DNA of 64,000 nt from Calcarisporiella thermophila CBS 279.70 (GCF_041956535.1 NW_027192193.1:1045192-1109191), one strand, 5' to 3'; shown: positions 24,970-39,590, numbered from the stretch's first letter. Translations and numbers: made by a program. The notes: generated by a model from the letters alone, not told the origin.

Positions 24970-27900
24970 TCACGGCTCCTGAATCAAAAACTGTGCGATT
25001 TGGGGGGTATTGCTGGGTGCTTGTGTCTGAGGCAACGATGGCAGCTCAATGCCCTAAACATAAATAGGATTCCTCTTCGATTAGGGTGCCATTGGCAAAT
25101 CGATTATAAAAACGAAACCTACCACAGCATTGAGAACTTCATCCTTCACATACCAGCATGGTTTCTGGTGGGTTAATAAAAAAAGAGAATAACCCAGACA
25201 GATATAAATAATGAGCAAATAAAACATGCAACGCAAAACAACATTTACCGGCCCGTGACGCTTTTCTTTCACCGCCACCTCCTTCAGCTTTACTTCAAGC
25301 TGTGTTTTGGAGATGCTCTGGAAGAGTTGGCTACAGAGAGTAGGACTGTCAGTGATGTCTATAGAGGTGGTTCGAGATGAAATACATACTTTGTCTTGAT
25401 CTCATCCACCAATTTCGATATGGACAGCGGACTTCCATTGACCATCTAAGGAGAGCAAGGTGGAAAAAGCATTTGTAAAACGTACTATCGAAAATGGGCA
25501 AAATAAAAATAATCTTCACCTTGATGAATTGCGGAATCAGGTCGTCTGGCACCGATCTTTTCTGGGACGTTGCTGAAGCCGACGCATTGGGCTTCTTATC
25601 CTCCTCGGCGGTGGTGTCAATGGCCATTGAATCACCATATAGATTATCGGCGAAGGGATTGATAGGGAATGGAGTGTCTAGAGAGATAGAAGCCATTTAG
25701 TGCCGGAGAAAAGTGAAGAAAAGTGATCGGGACTATCTCTTTGAGCTAGCCTTACCGCAAAGCATTTCCAATCGATAGCTAGACAAACTAGGATGTTTGG
25801 TAGGCTCATCGAATTTCTCATTGAAAGTAGGCGAGACAATGGTGGGCACAAGCGATACAAGGGCTTTCGGCTTTTTTTCATTCTTCTCGGGCTTTTCAGC
25901 CTTGGCAGCGACGACGTCACCATCCTTTTCGATACCCTCATCTTCCGAGAGGTATCCTTCTGGGACAAGCCAATCGTCTTGCTAAGAATTTTTGGAAGAG
26001 GGTTAGATTCAAGCAGCTGGCAAGTTCACTGCGAAAGAGTACCTCTTCTTCGTCTTGCTGGCTCGTAGCCTCTTCATCCTCTTCGTCTTCACTCTTCAGC
26101 TCTTCGCCTTCTTCGTCTCGTTCCCACTCTGCCTCACTGTCATATTCGTAGTCAAGTTGATCTGGATCTTTGTTATGCGGTCTCCGTTGGGAGATGTGTT
26201 TACTACTCTTTGTCCAGGTACCTATGCGATAGTGGCCATGAATAACGAGCGGATAAAAGGGAGGAAGCAGATCAGATCATACCAAAATAAGGCGGACGAA
26301 CATCCTCATAAAACTGCAGGAGTTTCATCTTGTACAACTGCGTCACGCTCTCTGGCTCTTGGGAGGTGGAAACGGTGGGCGTTTCCAAATCATACACCAT
26401 CATGTCTGAATCAGACTCTTGGGGCCGCCGGTTTGGAACAGAGAGCCCCAGTACATCGCTGATTTTCTTGACGGGGACACCTCTTTTTCGGAGGACGCTA
26501 GGTGGTAGTCTCGATTTAAAATCTTGGAGATATTTAAGAGATTCTATCAAAAGGCCTCCAGTGGTTAATAAGAGGGAAGCTTGAAATCAAAATCCAAAAG
26601 CAGAGCAGACCTTCACAAACTTGTGGGATTTCGGTTAAATCCGGTTGTGAACTTGCCAAATTTTTATCCATTTCGGCGGCCACATCCCGATAGAACCTAT
26701 TGATCGGTGCAACAGACACATGTTGTTTCACGTGGAATGGTGGAAATTCCCTGTTGAAAGCATGCAACTGCGCGTCCTCCTGCTTGACAGTGATAGCCGG
26801 TTCCTCGGCAGACTTATCGCGTGGTTTTCGATGGAAAAACCCTGATAATCGTGTTTGAGCACGTTCTTTTTTCTCCTTTTCCTCGTCTTTACGACGCTTC
26901 TCCTCCAGCTTCGCTATGCGCTCTTTATTCTTGCGTTCCTTTTCTGCTGCCTTTTCCGCGGTAACTCGCTCCCTTTCTGCGGCCTTTTCGGCCGCGATCC
27001 GCTCCTTCTCAAGCTTTTCGCGTTCATTATTCGGAGAGACCGGAGTCGGCTCGATTTTTCGTTTTTTCCCGGCGGAAGTGGTGCGAGAGAGGAGCTCTTG
27101 CTTTTTATCGTCGGGCAAGCTCAAGTATATATTAGCCATTTCTTGTGTAGCTTGCTCTCGCTTTAGCCGCCTCTTTTTTACGATCTCTCTCAAATCTTTA
27201 GGAAGCATTGCATCAAGATCTTTCACTTCCCATCTCCATATACACAAATTCTAAATAATAAAGAGGTTGGAAGTTAGCCAGGGTGAACATGATGAGGCAA
27301 ATAAAACAGCCAATAAACCTCGGGAGTTAACGGATTTGAATTGTCATCGTGACCCAATATATTCTGCGGGAGTCCATAATTTCGCCTCTCTGCAATGCTT
27401 ACAACGGCTTCTCGGATGCTTTTCAAATCAACTGAAACTAAACAAAACGCGTGTATGTGTAAACTTGTTGGATTCTCTGATTTCAAGCAGTAAACGAACC
27501 TTCTTCCTCCGCATCATCATCTATATACATTGTAGGGCACAGAAGCTTTTTGATGCGTTGTGAAAGCTGTTCCAAGGTTTCGGCGCTATTTTCAAACTAT
27601 TAGCTAACATTTCTGGAATGAAATTATCACAGGCTCGATCACCTCTCCTGTGCGAGTTTAGCAATGGCCGGGAGGTGCTCGTCAGGAATTTGAGATATGA
27701 CCTTGTCTGAATGTGTTTCTGCATAGCTTCCTCTATACGAGTGGAATTTCGCCAGATCTAGTAGAAGTGGAATATTCAGTATTCAATAATTGATTATAGC
27801 AATTCGATGGCGATCATTGGTACCTGATATAGTCGAAGGATGTGTCTCAAAAGACATCTTCTTTTCGTCTATTACAAATTTCCCATTCTTGAGAGAAACC

Positions 27901-28313
27901 AGCTCCTTGAAACATACGCGGTGGAATTTTGTCAGCTGCACATATCCATATTCCAAAACAAAATAAGAACCTACTTTTGGGGCGGATGGAGTTTTAATTC
28001 TCTTGCTTTTCGGCGAAGAAACGTTTGCTTGCTCAGCTCCTAATGTGTTTCGGTTGGCTATAGAGTGAAGAAAGGATCATGATTACACCGAGTAATGAGT
28101 AAAGCTATTGAATACACGAAGCGGTTTCCGATATACCTTCCGCTTTCCTTTTGCGAGGTGATTGAAGTGGGGAGGATTCTAATATAATTTAAAATTGAGA
28201 ATGGAGATATTACACAAACACATCGGAAATGCAAAGTATATACCCGGATCAGACGTATTGGTCTGTTTTATTCGCGATGCTTTTGGTGTGAGCAGTCGCT
28301 CCATCGTGTCCAT
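24970..28313 (-). CDS. RLF2: Chromatin assembly factor 1 subunit A (Cac1/Rlf2/p150)
   Basis: KER coiled coil, PIP box QTRLSGFF, KMKLLQFYEDVRPPYFG|TW, DYEYDSEAEWE, C-terminal WYV winged-helix motif; multi-exon. Confidence 0.9.
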
Positions 28314-28449
28314 AATTTAAATATCGCGATTAAAAAGAAAATTGGAAATCTTTTCTTTCGTGAAAATTAGGGGGAAAACGCGTTAGAAATGTGACTTGCA
28401 AATTTCATTTGACTTTATCCATCTTTTCCCCTCCTCAAGAAGCAGAGTT

Positions 28450-30670
28450 ATGCATCAGCCTAAAGATCGACATTCACAGACAAAAGCATTCCATGAATGT
28501 TATTTTGCAAAACTAAAGAAGTCAAGAGCGTATGTTTACCCGCTGTGTATTTCAATTGTTCACTTCTGACCGTGGTGTGAATCGACGTTCGTGATTTTAT
28601 TAGGAACATATATGGAATTGCAAAATTGAAATCGAGACTCCCAACGTTCCTACCACGCCCCAAATCCTTCCCTTCTCATGTTTGTTCACGGCTGCCGTAT
28701 CTACCTCGAGAAACGGGTACTACAAACTTGATTGGCTCCTTCCATTCTTATTATATTTGATTTTAATGCATCAATGCAGCTGCCCTACTTGACGAGCCAA
28801 TGGAGCACGCTATACTGGCTTTCAACCAGGAGGTGCGATGTTTAGTGGCAGGAGAGGGCTACTGGAATTCTGCAATAGTACATTTAAAAAAAGGGGATGA
28901 TGGTTAGTTTTGCACATTCAGGTCCCGTACGGATCCATTATCTTAGCTCTTTGGTGAAATATAGTTGAATTTATATCTATCGATGCCTTCGAACGCACCA
29001 TAATACGCCCCGCACTGGATGATGGCACTGAAAGTTTTCAACAAAAGACCAATTTAATTCTCGCGATTACCACTGCCAAAGTAAGATAGAGGAAGTTTAT
29101 TAATTTTTAATCTGGTGATATTCCATTGCAAACATACCTTTCTAGCAAATTTTACAAGGGCATGCAGAAGGTGACTGCCATTACGAGTATGCACTAAGAA
29201 TATATGGCGCAACCTCGAAGCCAAATGCCTACTTTGAGGAAGCTTTATTTAATCTTGAAGGTACATCTTTATCGGCAGCGCACTTTTGCCTGTTTTCGTA
29301 TGCTTCAGCTATTTTTGAATGTGGATAGATTCGATGGCAGTCATCCCAATAAATTATACACCAATGCAGCTTGCACATGCAACAGTGCGACATTCTGGGA
29401 TGTCGCAGATTGCTTTATTACTCAGCGGGAGGGATGGCCGAGTCCATATGTTCCTCGAGGTTTGAGAATAGCATTCAGTAGTATTGTATAAGTCGTTTTG
29501 TAACCATTTGATTTGTTAGGATGAATCGACTAACCAGTTCAGAGAGCATGATATTGCGAATTACTTTCCTTTCCTGGCAAAATTTAAAGAAGTGCCCTCC
29601 AGGTAAATCATATTCTTCCTTATTTCTTGCCGCCTTCTAACATCGTAATCCAGCATTTTGTGCTTCGATATTTATGAAAAATACAACACCCAGATCATCA
29701 CCGCTGGTTGCCAAGATGGGTCAGTCCATCTTGCCGTATACACTCGCAGCAGCGAGAGGGATAATTTTTGCACAGAGACAGCGACACATACCATAAAAAC
29801 ATTTGGCCCAGTTTCCTCTTTGAATCTCTTCGACCCAGTAACGAAGCTCACTTCAGATGGTAAATCTTTTGTTATTCCCCTGACAAATTTGGTCCGGGCT
29901 GACATATATATTTGCGCTTTATATCCCGTGCAGCTTCTCAGGTTAACTTATTGGTAACATTTGCTATCGAAGAGGCACTAATATTTCAGTATGCATTTAA
30001 ATATTCATATCTCCGAGCGAACCGTTATTAATTTTTCTCCTCTCGAATGGTGTAGTGGCGTGACCATCAACGGTCTTTCCAAATCTGTCATGCTGCCCCA
30101 GTCAACTTATCATGACTCCATCCTCTGCTCGCACGTGCTGGATTTCGATTACGATGGTGAGAACGAGATCTTCCTTGGAACCTATGGTAGAGAGTTGCTA
30201 GCGTATAAGAGAGGTGGGTAGCCACTCCGCCGAGGAGATTGTAGCCAAATTTTAAGAACTGATGAATTCAATTATAAATTTAATCAAGCACGCGGGACCT
30301 CGCACAAGTATAGTCTGCTCTGGAAGCGTACGTTTGCCTACCCCATCTATGGTATCACGAGTCTTGATCTTAATCTAGACGGAGTGGATGAGGTGGTGGT
30401 TCAGACAATATTTGGCGTTCACATATTCCAGGTTTGTATCCTCGTTCTGAGCGAAAATAGAGTAAGTATTTTTATTAAACTCCGCATATCTTTTTTTTTC
30501 CACTTTAGCCCAATCTTGAAAATGCAAGGTCAAGATTGACCGATGTGCTGCGCTATTTAGAGGAGGTCGGCAAGACAAAACGGGAGCTTGAGCTGCGACA
30601 GGTGCAGGGTAAAATCGGTGAAGGAAAAAAAGAGGAGGAAGCGGTGGAGGAGGAAGCTAGCTCAGTATGA
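28450..30670 (+). CDS. KPTN: Kaptin homolog (KICSTOR subunit; FG-GAP-like repeats)
   Basis: NIYG near the N-terminus; DSILCSHVLDFDYDGENEIFLGTYGRELLAYK; WKRTFAYPIYGITSLDLNLDGVDEVVVQTIFGVHIFQ; many introns. Confidence 0.8.
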
Positions 30671-30859
30671 TATTCCTTTTCTCCCCATTTAAAACTCAAC
30701 TCGAAATCCATTTTCAAGAATAAAGGAAAATATCATTGCTTAAAAAAGAATATCGAATCCGCTCCACTTGGGTTTCGGGATAAGGAAAAAGAATGACAAA
30801 ACATAAAGGCAAACATGTGTGAGATTTTATACAAAAATATATCGCGAGATCAAGTGTTG

Positions 30860-33800
30860 CTATTCTACGAGTATCTCCAAGCAGCTCAGCACACTAGGAA
30901 CCCCAGATACAAAGAATTTTGCCTCCGATGACTTTGACCCTACGGTTACTGTGATCGCCTGATGAAGCTCGCCTCGCTCCTGTGCCTTGTTAAGAACATC
31001 GAACATATCCTCGTCAGAGCGATCATCGCCTATGCAAATTATGAAATCGGGTGGAGAGCCATGGGTACGTGTTATATCAGAGAGGATACGATTAACGGCG
31101 GAAGATTTGCTGACATCTCGCGGGAGAACCTACACAAAAGTTTTAGAATGGGAAAAGCACTACTGATGGTGATTGCATTTACCTCCACATTCTTGTTTCC
31201 AGAGAATGCATGGATGGGATAGACAGTCAAGGAATCGCTAATGTGGTTCAGACACTCGCTAGCCTGCCATGCTCCATAGGTAGGATGGTCCGCTTTACGA
31301 TAGTGCCATACGACAGATGCGTTCTTTTCCTCGATGAACGATCCAGGGGTCCGCTCAGTATAATACTCGAACACACGCAGGACCTCTTTTTTCCAGCCTA
31401 TGTCCATATCTGGGACAAGGCATTCCCACTTCTGGGCAACCGCACCAGGATGTTGCAAATACGCGCCATTCTCGGCGACCAAACCGATACTTGGGAGATC
31501 TGAAAATCTTTCTTCGAGTGATGCGGTTGTACGGCCAGAGAGGATCCAAACCTCATTACGTTTATCAGCAGTAAGGCTTTTGAGCAGATTAAACAGTCGA
31601 TGGGAAGCGTTTTCCATGGCGCTAGGGTCCTTTTCGTAGGGAACAATAGTTCCATCATAGTCGAGCAGGAAGAGGCGACGTTTCGCCTTTTGAAACTCCG
31701 CAATGAAGGATCGGGGATTTAGGTGTGGGATGTGAATTGAGCAGCGGCGTTGCATATCAGTATGGATTTTCTCACACTCGGATATAAAGGATTCTGTCCA
31801 GTATTGAGCTATCAGAGAGAATAAAAAATCACGCGTTGTTAATGGAAACAAAATAGGCCATAGGCACACAAAACCTACCTGTATTAGTAGTCACATTCTT
31901 GTACAGCTCTTTCCACCGTGCTTCGCGCTCTTCTGCATTGATCGTGAGCGCTTCTTCAATTGCCTCTGCAACGCTTCTATAATCCCATGGATTTACTCTG
32001 AAGCAAGCACCGAAACTTCCATAAGTTCCAGCAAACTAGGAATAAATAAACCACCAATTAACATCGATGCTTGAACCACTTCAAAGGCTAGCCTTGGGCG
32101 AATGAAGATACGTACCTCACTCAAGATCAGGGGGGCGTATTTCCCCTCCTGACACACCACGTACTCGTGCGATGTTAAATTCATCCCATCTCTAAGTGGA
32201 GTGATTAGGCAACAATCGGCAGCCGTGAGGAGTGCTAGATATTGACTGAAGCTGATGTCTATACAGGCATGAGAATAAGTAAGCAGAAATAACAGGATTA
32301 TTGTCATAAAATAGATTTACCTTGATGAAGATAAATAACAGGCTGATAGGCCAGATTAGAAAATCGGTGGTTTATCCTTGAAATTACGTCAGTCAGCTGT
32401 GCCTGTAGCTCATTCTGCTCAGATGTCGAAAGAGCAACCTGAATCAGTACAACTTTGCCCTGCCACTCAGGATATCGAATTAAGAACTGTTCGAATGCGA
32501 GTAGCTTCTGCCGTATGCCTTTGATGTAGTCAAGCTTATCGCGCGCAACGATCAAAGTTTTGCCTGCGTATTTTTCCTTAAGGACTTTTATCCAGTCGGC
32601 TACTTCAGGATTTCGGCGTTTCTCATTGAGAGAAACCAGGTCAATTCCGATAGGGAAGATGCCAACGCTTACAAAGTTATTCTCCATCTGGATTCCTTTG
32701 GGAGATGTCTCAAGAGAAAGTATGCGTGAGCAGGTTTGCAGAAAATGACGTGCGAAGCTATAGAGAAGCATGGTCGAGATAAGTGTTAAGTATGCTAGAT
32801 TTGCAATTCCATATAATACCTGTAGGTTTGGAATCCAATTAAATCAGATCCGAGGATTCCCTTTAAAAGCTCTTCTCGTACTAAAGCGGCATAAAGAGGT
32901 TAATAGACTCGAACGGCGGAAGATAAAAAAGTAAAAAAAGTAGGGTAGTATTTCATACCTGCCAGACAACGGAACAATTCCGAACTTGGGAATGGAACAT
33001 GGAGGAAAAACCCAATAATCGCATTGGGAAGCTTCTTGCGGAGCAATTCAGGCACAAGCATTAGGTGATAATCGTTGATCCATACTACAGGAGTAAGATT
33101 ATATGAGTGAATCTGATAAATTGGCAAGCCACATGTCATTGACATTGCAAAATGTACTCACTGATATCACCGGGTTGGTAATGTGCAACAATCGTGTCGG
33201 CAAAATGTTGATTCAATGTGACATAGTGGTTCCAGGCATGGTCATCCTCGAATACTTTGCTCTTTGGGTTATCTAGGACAACATAGTGGAATGTCGGCCA
33301 GAGTACCTAGCAAGGCAGAAATAGAGATTGTCATTCATAAAATATATAAACTTTAGAAATAAAAATCCTTACCTGCTTGCAATAAGCATTGTAGTGCCCG
33401 TCAAATTCTATGTCAGTTACTCCATCAATAACTGGTATACAGTCGTACTCCGCAAAGCGCATTTTTATATCGCCTTTCATTTTATCATTGAGTGCGTCGG
33501 TTGACATCCCAAGAGTCCCAACCCACACTTGTTTTGTCAAGTTTTGCTTGACAGAATTGATAGCATTCACCAGACCCCCATTTCCTTGGCGTGCGGGGAC
33601 TATTGACCACGGCGCGTCCGCAAAGATTTTTGAGCTATCTATCGAAGCTCGCCGTGCCTGGTGCACTATATTATCAATTATAACCTTGGTGGGCTCACCA
33701 GGATGCCGGTGTGAACGGAGAGTTGGCTGAACCAGGCGAGTTGTGGGCTGAGTCTCGTTCTGACCTGAGAAGAGCTGATCAGAGAGCTCCTCCAGCTTTT

Positions 33801-34050
33801 TATCGCGTGCTGAGACCGAGGTTCTGGATTTTAATGGGGATAAGGACTGTGGCTGTTGGTCTTGTTTTTCCTGTTGCTGCTGTGGATTCGCTTTTGAAGC
33901 CAATCCCTCGATAAGGTTGGGAATGGGGGCCGTGCAGAGTTCGTCAGCCTTTTTGAGCTTCGCGTCGCGATCCTTTTCGATATTGAAACTGACAGTATAT
34001 GGGAGGAATATCGAGGCAACAACGACGCGATGTATAGTAAGAGGTGCCAT
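30860..34050 (-). CDS. Trehalose-6-phosphate synthase/phosphatase (GT20 + HAD; Tps2-like)
   Basis: [51 protein letters not shown]; intact HAD motif LDYDGT; [10 protein letters not shown]. Confidence 0.92.
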
Positions 34051-34417
34051 TGTAGCTTTGTAGAGTGATGCGAGGGAGATAAAACAATTCGATTTTCGAT
34101 TTTCGAAGAAAGACAAAAAAGACCGAAAAAAATTTGCGAACGCCCTAGCTCGTGCGAACAATTAAACCTCAGCAGTCACGAATTACAGCAGCCCTAGGTT
34201 TATATGGAAAGAAAATGATAGAAACGCGAAAGAAGCTTTTATGATATACAGCTCGCTTCCACTTCGAGACCAGAATAATTATGGAAATTTAAACATATTA
34301 TTGAATGGTGGACAACGATACTAAGAGATACTATCACATACACTGAGAACCCATACAAGAGGCAGATATTAATTTAGCCAAAGTATACACAGAAATAAGT
34401 TAATATATTTTTGAATG

Positions 34418-36613
34418 CTAACAATTTCTATACTCGGGTTCGATCCAAGGGAGTCCAAGGACCTCAAACAACTCCCGCTCACTTCGTATAGGGATACGCT
34501 CACGTGGTTGAGTGTCAGTGAAGAGGCCGTGGCTCGCGAAAATCATTCTTTTTTCCTTTTTTTAAGCAAAAGAGTTAAAAATGTAACTAGTCGGTTAATT
34601 TATTCCAAACTCACTTTCGTGGCATACGCTTTTAAGGATCTTTCAAATTGCCTCGATCCTGTCCACCCAACTATTGCTGTTGCGTACTCAGAGGGAAACG
34701 CAACGATAATATCCAGCTGACGATATATGCCAGTAGATGGCTGCCGAATTGCTACAAAGCACTATAAAGGAGGAAATTTAATTTTCAAATTCTTTGGATA
34801 TAATAAACCGTGACTACTTTGTCCAAGTTATCAAAGCTTTGTCTACCAGTCTCTTCCGAATCGTATCTCAATATATCGCCCTTTAAATGCCGGCTTGGCT
34901 TGCCATACCATAGTTTATATTTTAGTATGCCTGTAAAAAAAAACTCTAATTATTTATCCATGTCTTACAACTAAATCAATTGTCAGTCTCACCTGCATCT
35001 GTCAATCGCTCAAGAATATCACTAAGCAAATGTTCGCACACATCGTCCACTGGATGACTTATGACCATATCAACATCGCCTCCCAACTCTTTTCCACGAC
35101 TATGATCGATGAGAAATATTAGAATAAATGTAATATTTTTATCAATGATTCTGTACCGATATCCGCCCACAACTGTATAGACACACTGCGGGTCAATAGC
35201 TTCCAAATGGTTGGCGACAATTGTAGTTATTTCTTCGACATCTTTTCGGGATAATCTAATTAACAGTAACGTTTAAAGAGAGGTTAAAGTGTCCAGATAT
35301 CCCCCACCTACTTTTTTATAAAATCTTCATATAATTCTAGCCCTACTCGTTGAGTTTGCGATGAAAGCTTCACAAACTGCCGGATGTCATCAATAGTGCG
35401 ATGGCCCTGTTCATACCATACATTTGCTGTCTTGGCGCCAACCCCTATTGTATATCTCTTTGAGCGAGAAATTTTTAAATCCGTTTTCGAAAGCAATATA
35501 CCAAAGATGCCGCAGAATTCATTCAGTGCTTTGAATCGTTCATCATGCTGGAGCTGCTCCGCTTCGGGAATGACACCTGTTTCCAGATATACGCGAATAT
35601 GCTCACCAATAGTTGATCCCACACCTATATTAGAAACCATCTTTATTTTGCTTCGGCTAAATAAAACAGGATTAAAAAGGCACCTCGTATTTTGAGAGCT
35701 TCTTTGTATGATTTTATTTTGGCTGGATAGGCCTAGGAGATGGATTATATTATTCAAAATCAATTCACTATAAGAATTCATCATTGTGTAACTAATACCT
35801 TGAGGGCAGAAATGGCATGTCTGTAACTAAGCGCTCGCTTTTCTTCCACCATCACTTCTCGTGCACGTTCTATTATCTCCAACTGCTCAATGAGCTCATG
35901 GTTCTCTCTAGGGATTAGAGGGGTTGGGCGCTGACATTCATACTTGACATTTAAAAAGCCTCGAGCAAGAGGGGCATCTAGAATATATACGAAGACAAAT
36001 AAGAGAAAAAATCAAAATTTCAGTGAAATATACTAATACCTTCTTCATCACTTGTTTCTCGCGAAGAAGTATGTGCTTGTGGCTCAGAGTGCTCATATGG
36101 ACGTGTTGAAACCAAGTTGCTAAAATCAAGACGATACTCGCTCACGTCAACATTCAATCGTTTGCCGGATTTAAAACTTTGGACTCTTAGATTAGCATAA
36201 AATAATTAGTAGCATTTATCTTTTAATTAATTCACCACCTTTTATCAACCCATTCCTTGTGGATGACTGGAACCTAATATTCTTGGTAATAGCGGTAAAC
36301 TACGGCTGGATAAAAAAAATTGAATTCTGTGAAAAAGCGCTCAATTAACCTTGACAGAGTGTATATGTCTTAGAACTCTTGCGGGGGCTCTCAGTGCTGT
36401 TATTATCAGATTGGCCTTTCGTTGATTTCTTTCAATGTTGCCACCTGTAGATAATTTTCGAAATTACAAACTTGGATCATGCCATAGACTCTTTTACTAA
36501 CCATTATTCTCGATTATTGTTTTCAAACGGTTTTCCTCTTTTGGATCTAATTTTGGTTTTAATATGTGAATGTGTAGACCATCAAATATATTCTTTTTGA
36601 TTGAACTCGACAT
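34418..36613 (-). CDS. X-family DNA polymerase, Pol mu/Pol4-like, with N-terminal BRCT-like region
   Basis: GVGAKTA, VVGGYR|RGKELGGDVDMVISHP, RQLDIIV, VGWTGSRQFER, EPEYRNC end; many introns. Confidence 0.88.
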
Positions 36614-36941
36614 ATTCTCGAGTGTGGACTCTGATAATGTAAATGGTTTCATTAAAATTAGTTGCCACCGATACTTTAGATAAGAGATAAGCCACTGGCA
36701 GGAGTATTAGAAGGTAGGATGCAATTACTTGAATCCTTGCATCCAAGTTTGCCGCACAGATAATCCAATTCATAAAAATGTTGGAAATTTTATCTATAAA
36801 ATCGGTACAAGTAGAAAAAATGTTGATATAAGGTAATACATGCCGATATTTAGAAATTTTGAACAAATAATTGTGATCTACAAACGAGTTTTTATCTTTA
36901 CAATATTTCTCTAATAAAGGGTAGAATATTGTAAAAGGGGC

Positions 36942-39590
36942 CTACTTTTCATCTCCTTCCTCTTGCTGATGTGCAGCAGCAGCAGCCGCTGCAGCCCACA
37001 TGGCAAGCATTACTTCGTTCCCTTCTTGGCCTCTTCCCGTTCTTCCCTCCGAAATAGGCTGAGAATGTTCTGCCGTAGATGAGCTAGGGTGATAGGTAAA
37101 TGTGTGTGACGACGTAGATGAGGACGTGGTTTGTCGGTGAAATTCTGGTGGCTGATTGATATTGGATGGCTCGTGGGAATGCTCAGAAGAACGGGGCGGT
37201 AGTACAGGAAAGACTGGCTGGGGAACGTTGTAATATTTAATATCAAGTCCCTCAATTATCTCTTTTAGCGCAAATAGCAGCTAGAAGTATTTAAAATGCA
37301 GTCAATTCTAGGAGCTTCTTCAAATATGCATCTCTAATTATTACCCTTGTCCTTCGTCCATATCGCGCACCCATATCTTGCCAATTTGATTTGTGCTCAA
37401 AACTTATTAAGAGCTCAAGTTTGTTCATATTGAACATGTCATTAAACAGCACATTGCCTGATCCAGCCGTAAAATCACGTGCGCCCTCAGTTTTAATCCA
37501 CTCGTTTAACCGATCTTTAAGCGTGTAGAGCTTATGCGAGGGGGTGTCAAGAGCAATTTGCAATTCTATCATATAATCCAATAAGAGTTAAATGATAGTG
37601 CAATTGGAAGGAAGAAAATTGCAATATACATACTAATAACTTCAGATTGATGGCCACTCCTACGAATGTTTTCGATGTTCTGAGTTGAGAGTTGGAAATT
37701 AGGGATGTAAATCATAGTCCTATATAAAATCGGTTGTTATTTCACTTGTGTCTGATAGTAGATCAAGAGGCATAGAAATTTACCCATCCCAGCGCGCAAA
37801 CAATGTTGTCAACAATCCAATGTGCTTCACCACCATGTGTGTCCCGTTCAAAAATATACGGTCACCAGCATCAAATGGATGTGTTACAAAAACAAATATG
37901 ACACTCTCAAACCATTCTTTTGCAGTTTGTCCAAAAACAAAACTCAATGCTAATAGAGCCGACCAAACAGGCAAAAGCCCGCTCAATGCAATGTCAAAGC
38001 TACTCAGCACGAGGAGCAACCATATGCTTGTCGCTACAACCAGCAGGATCACATTGAGTTTTCCGGTACATTGCGACAAGTCTCGTAATGCTGTTGCAAT
38101 CGCTTTGCGGTCACGATATATGTTAACAACCGCACTTCGCATTTCCTTTTTGCTGATGTCCCCGTTGCCATCCTTATCGAAAATTGAAAATGCATTGCGC
38201 GCTTCCTCCTCTGTATGGAAGTAAGGGATGAAATCTTCAGGCAAAAGCACATCTCGCGGGCCAGTTAGTTTTGCAGGTTTTGTGCGTCGTTCATCTGAGT
38301 GTTCTACATCATCGTGAATTAAAGCCTCAAAGAGTTTGCGAGCAAGTTTCTTCGCTCGATATATCGTCTCATCCTCATCTGACTTAATTCCAGGGGGGGC
38401 GACCAAACCAAATAAATTTGTGTCCGGAAGACTTATGTTCTGAAAAGGGTTATGGCGCTTATTAAAGGGAGAAAAGGTGCTTCCTTCTGTATAAGTACGC
38501 TCAATTTTGCCAAACTGACTTTTCTCGTGCATTGGCGTATCAATGTGTGGATAATCGGAAATAGAGTTGCGTGGGCTATTTTCTCCTTGAGTCCGTCTGC
38601 GCAAGCGATCGACCAAATTAGAGTCCTCGTACCGCTTGATCACCTTTTTAAACCGATCCAACACTAATTTAACACAAGTGATTAGCTTAATAAACGCCAT
38701 CTGAAAACAGACGTTATATTACCCCACAACGCGTACTCATTATCTCTGATCCGAGATTCATAAGCCTTTTGGTGGAAACGGGTTGTAATGATTTGAAGCA
38801 GGATCTTTTCTACTAACAATAATAGGGCACCATAAAACACGCATTGCAAAATACGGTTGGGAACGAATTTGTAATGCGATGGTGGGATATTGAACAGTTG
38901 TTGGCATACTGCAAAACCTCCCCACGCCCATGAAGAAATTATCAGTAATTTGATGTAAAAAGATAGAGTGATATAGTGCTAAATAGAATGGAATTAATAC
39001 ACCGTAAGGTATAAAACGCACATTTCTACCAACCTCCAGCCTAGTCATTACTCGTTCGGTTTTCTTTGGGCTAAACCAAAGCGTTAGCTTGCGTACTGCC
39101 CAAGGAATCAAGTAAATTCCCACATCCGTCAGCCCTTGCATAACAAAAACAAATGCCAGCCAAGTAAACCATAAGCGCAAATGAGAATTCGCATCCTTAA
39201 TACCAAGCACCACTGACGAAGCAACTAATCCCAAAGTGACGAGAATAACAAATGTAGGCCAGAGGAGAGAATAGAAGATAGAGCGAGAAGAAGCCGGAAT
39301 TGTCGGGTGGGCATTATTGATCATAGACTCATCGTCCTCATTCCAATCGAAATCGTCATCCTCATGGTGCTCATTTTCATGATCTTGGTGCATTACAGTC
39401 TTTTCTTTCGACAATACTTCCGGCTTCGGCTCTTCGATGGATATAATGGAATCTCCAGCATTAATATGCGGGCGGTGTGTGCCTTTGAGCGGGGCCTACA
39501 AAGTACACAAGTAAGCAGGTGGATAGGTGGGACAGTAAATCAATATAAAGCCATTACCGCATTATCGACGGTGGGTTTAGTGTTAGACAT
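36942..39590 (-). CDS. MscS-family mechanosensitive channel with EF-hand (Msy1/2-like)
   Basis: AFSIFDKDGNGDISKKEM, FVFVTHPFDAGDRI, IENIRRS, HKSNWQD. Confidence 0.9.
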
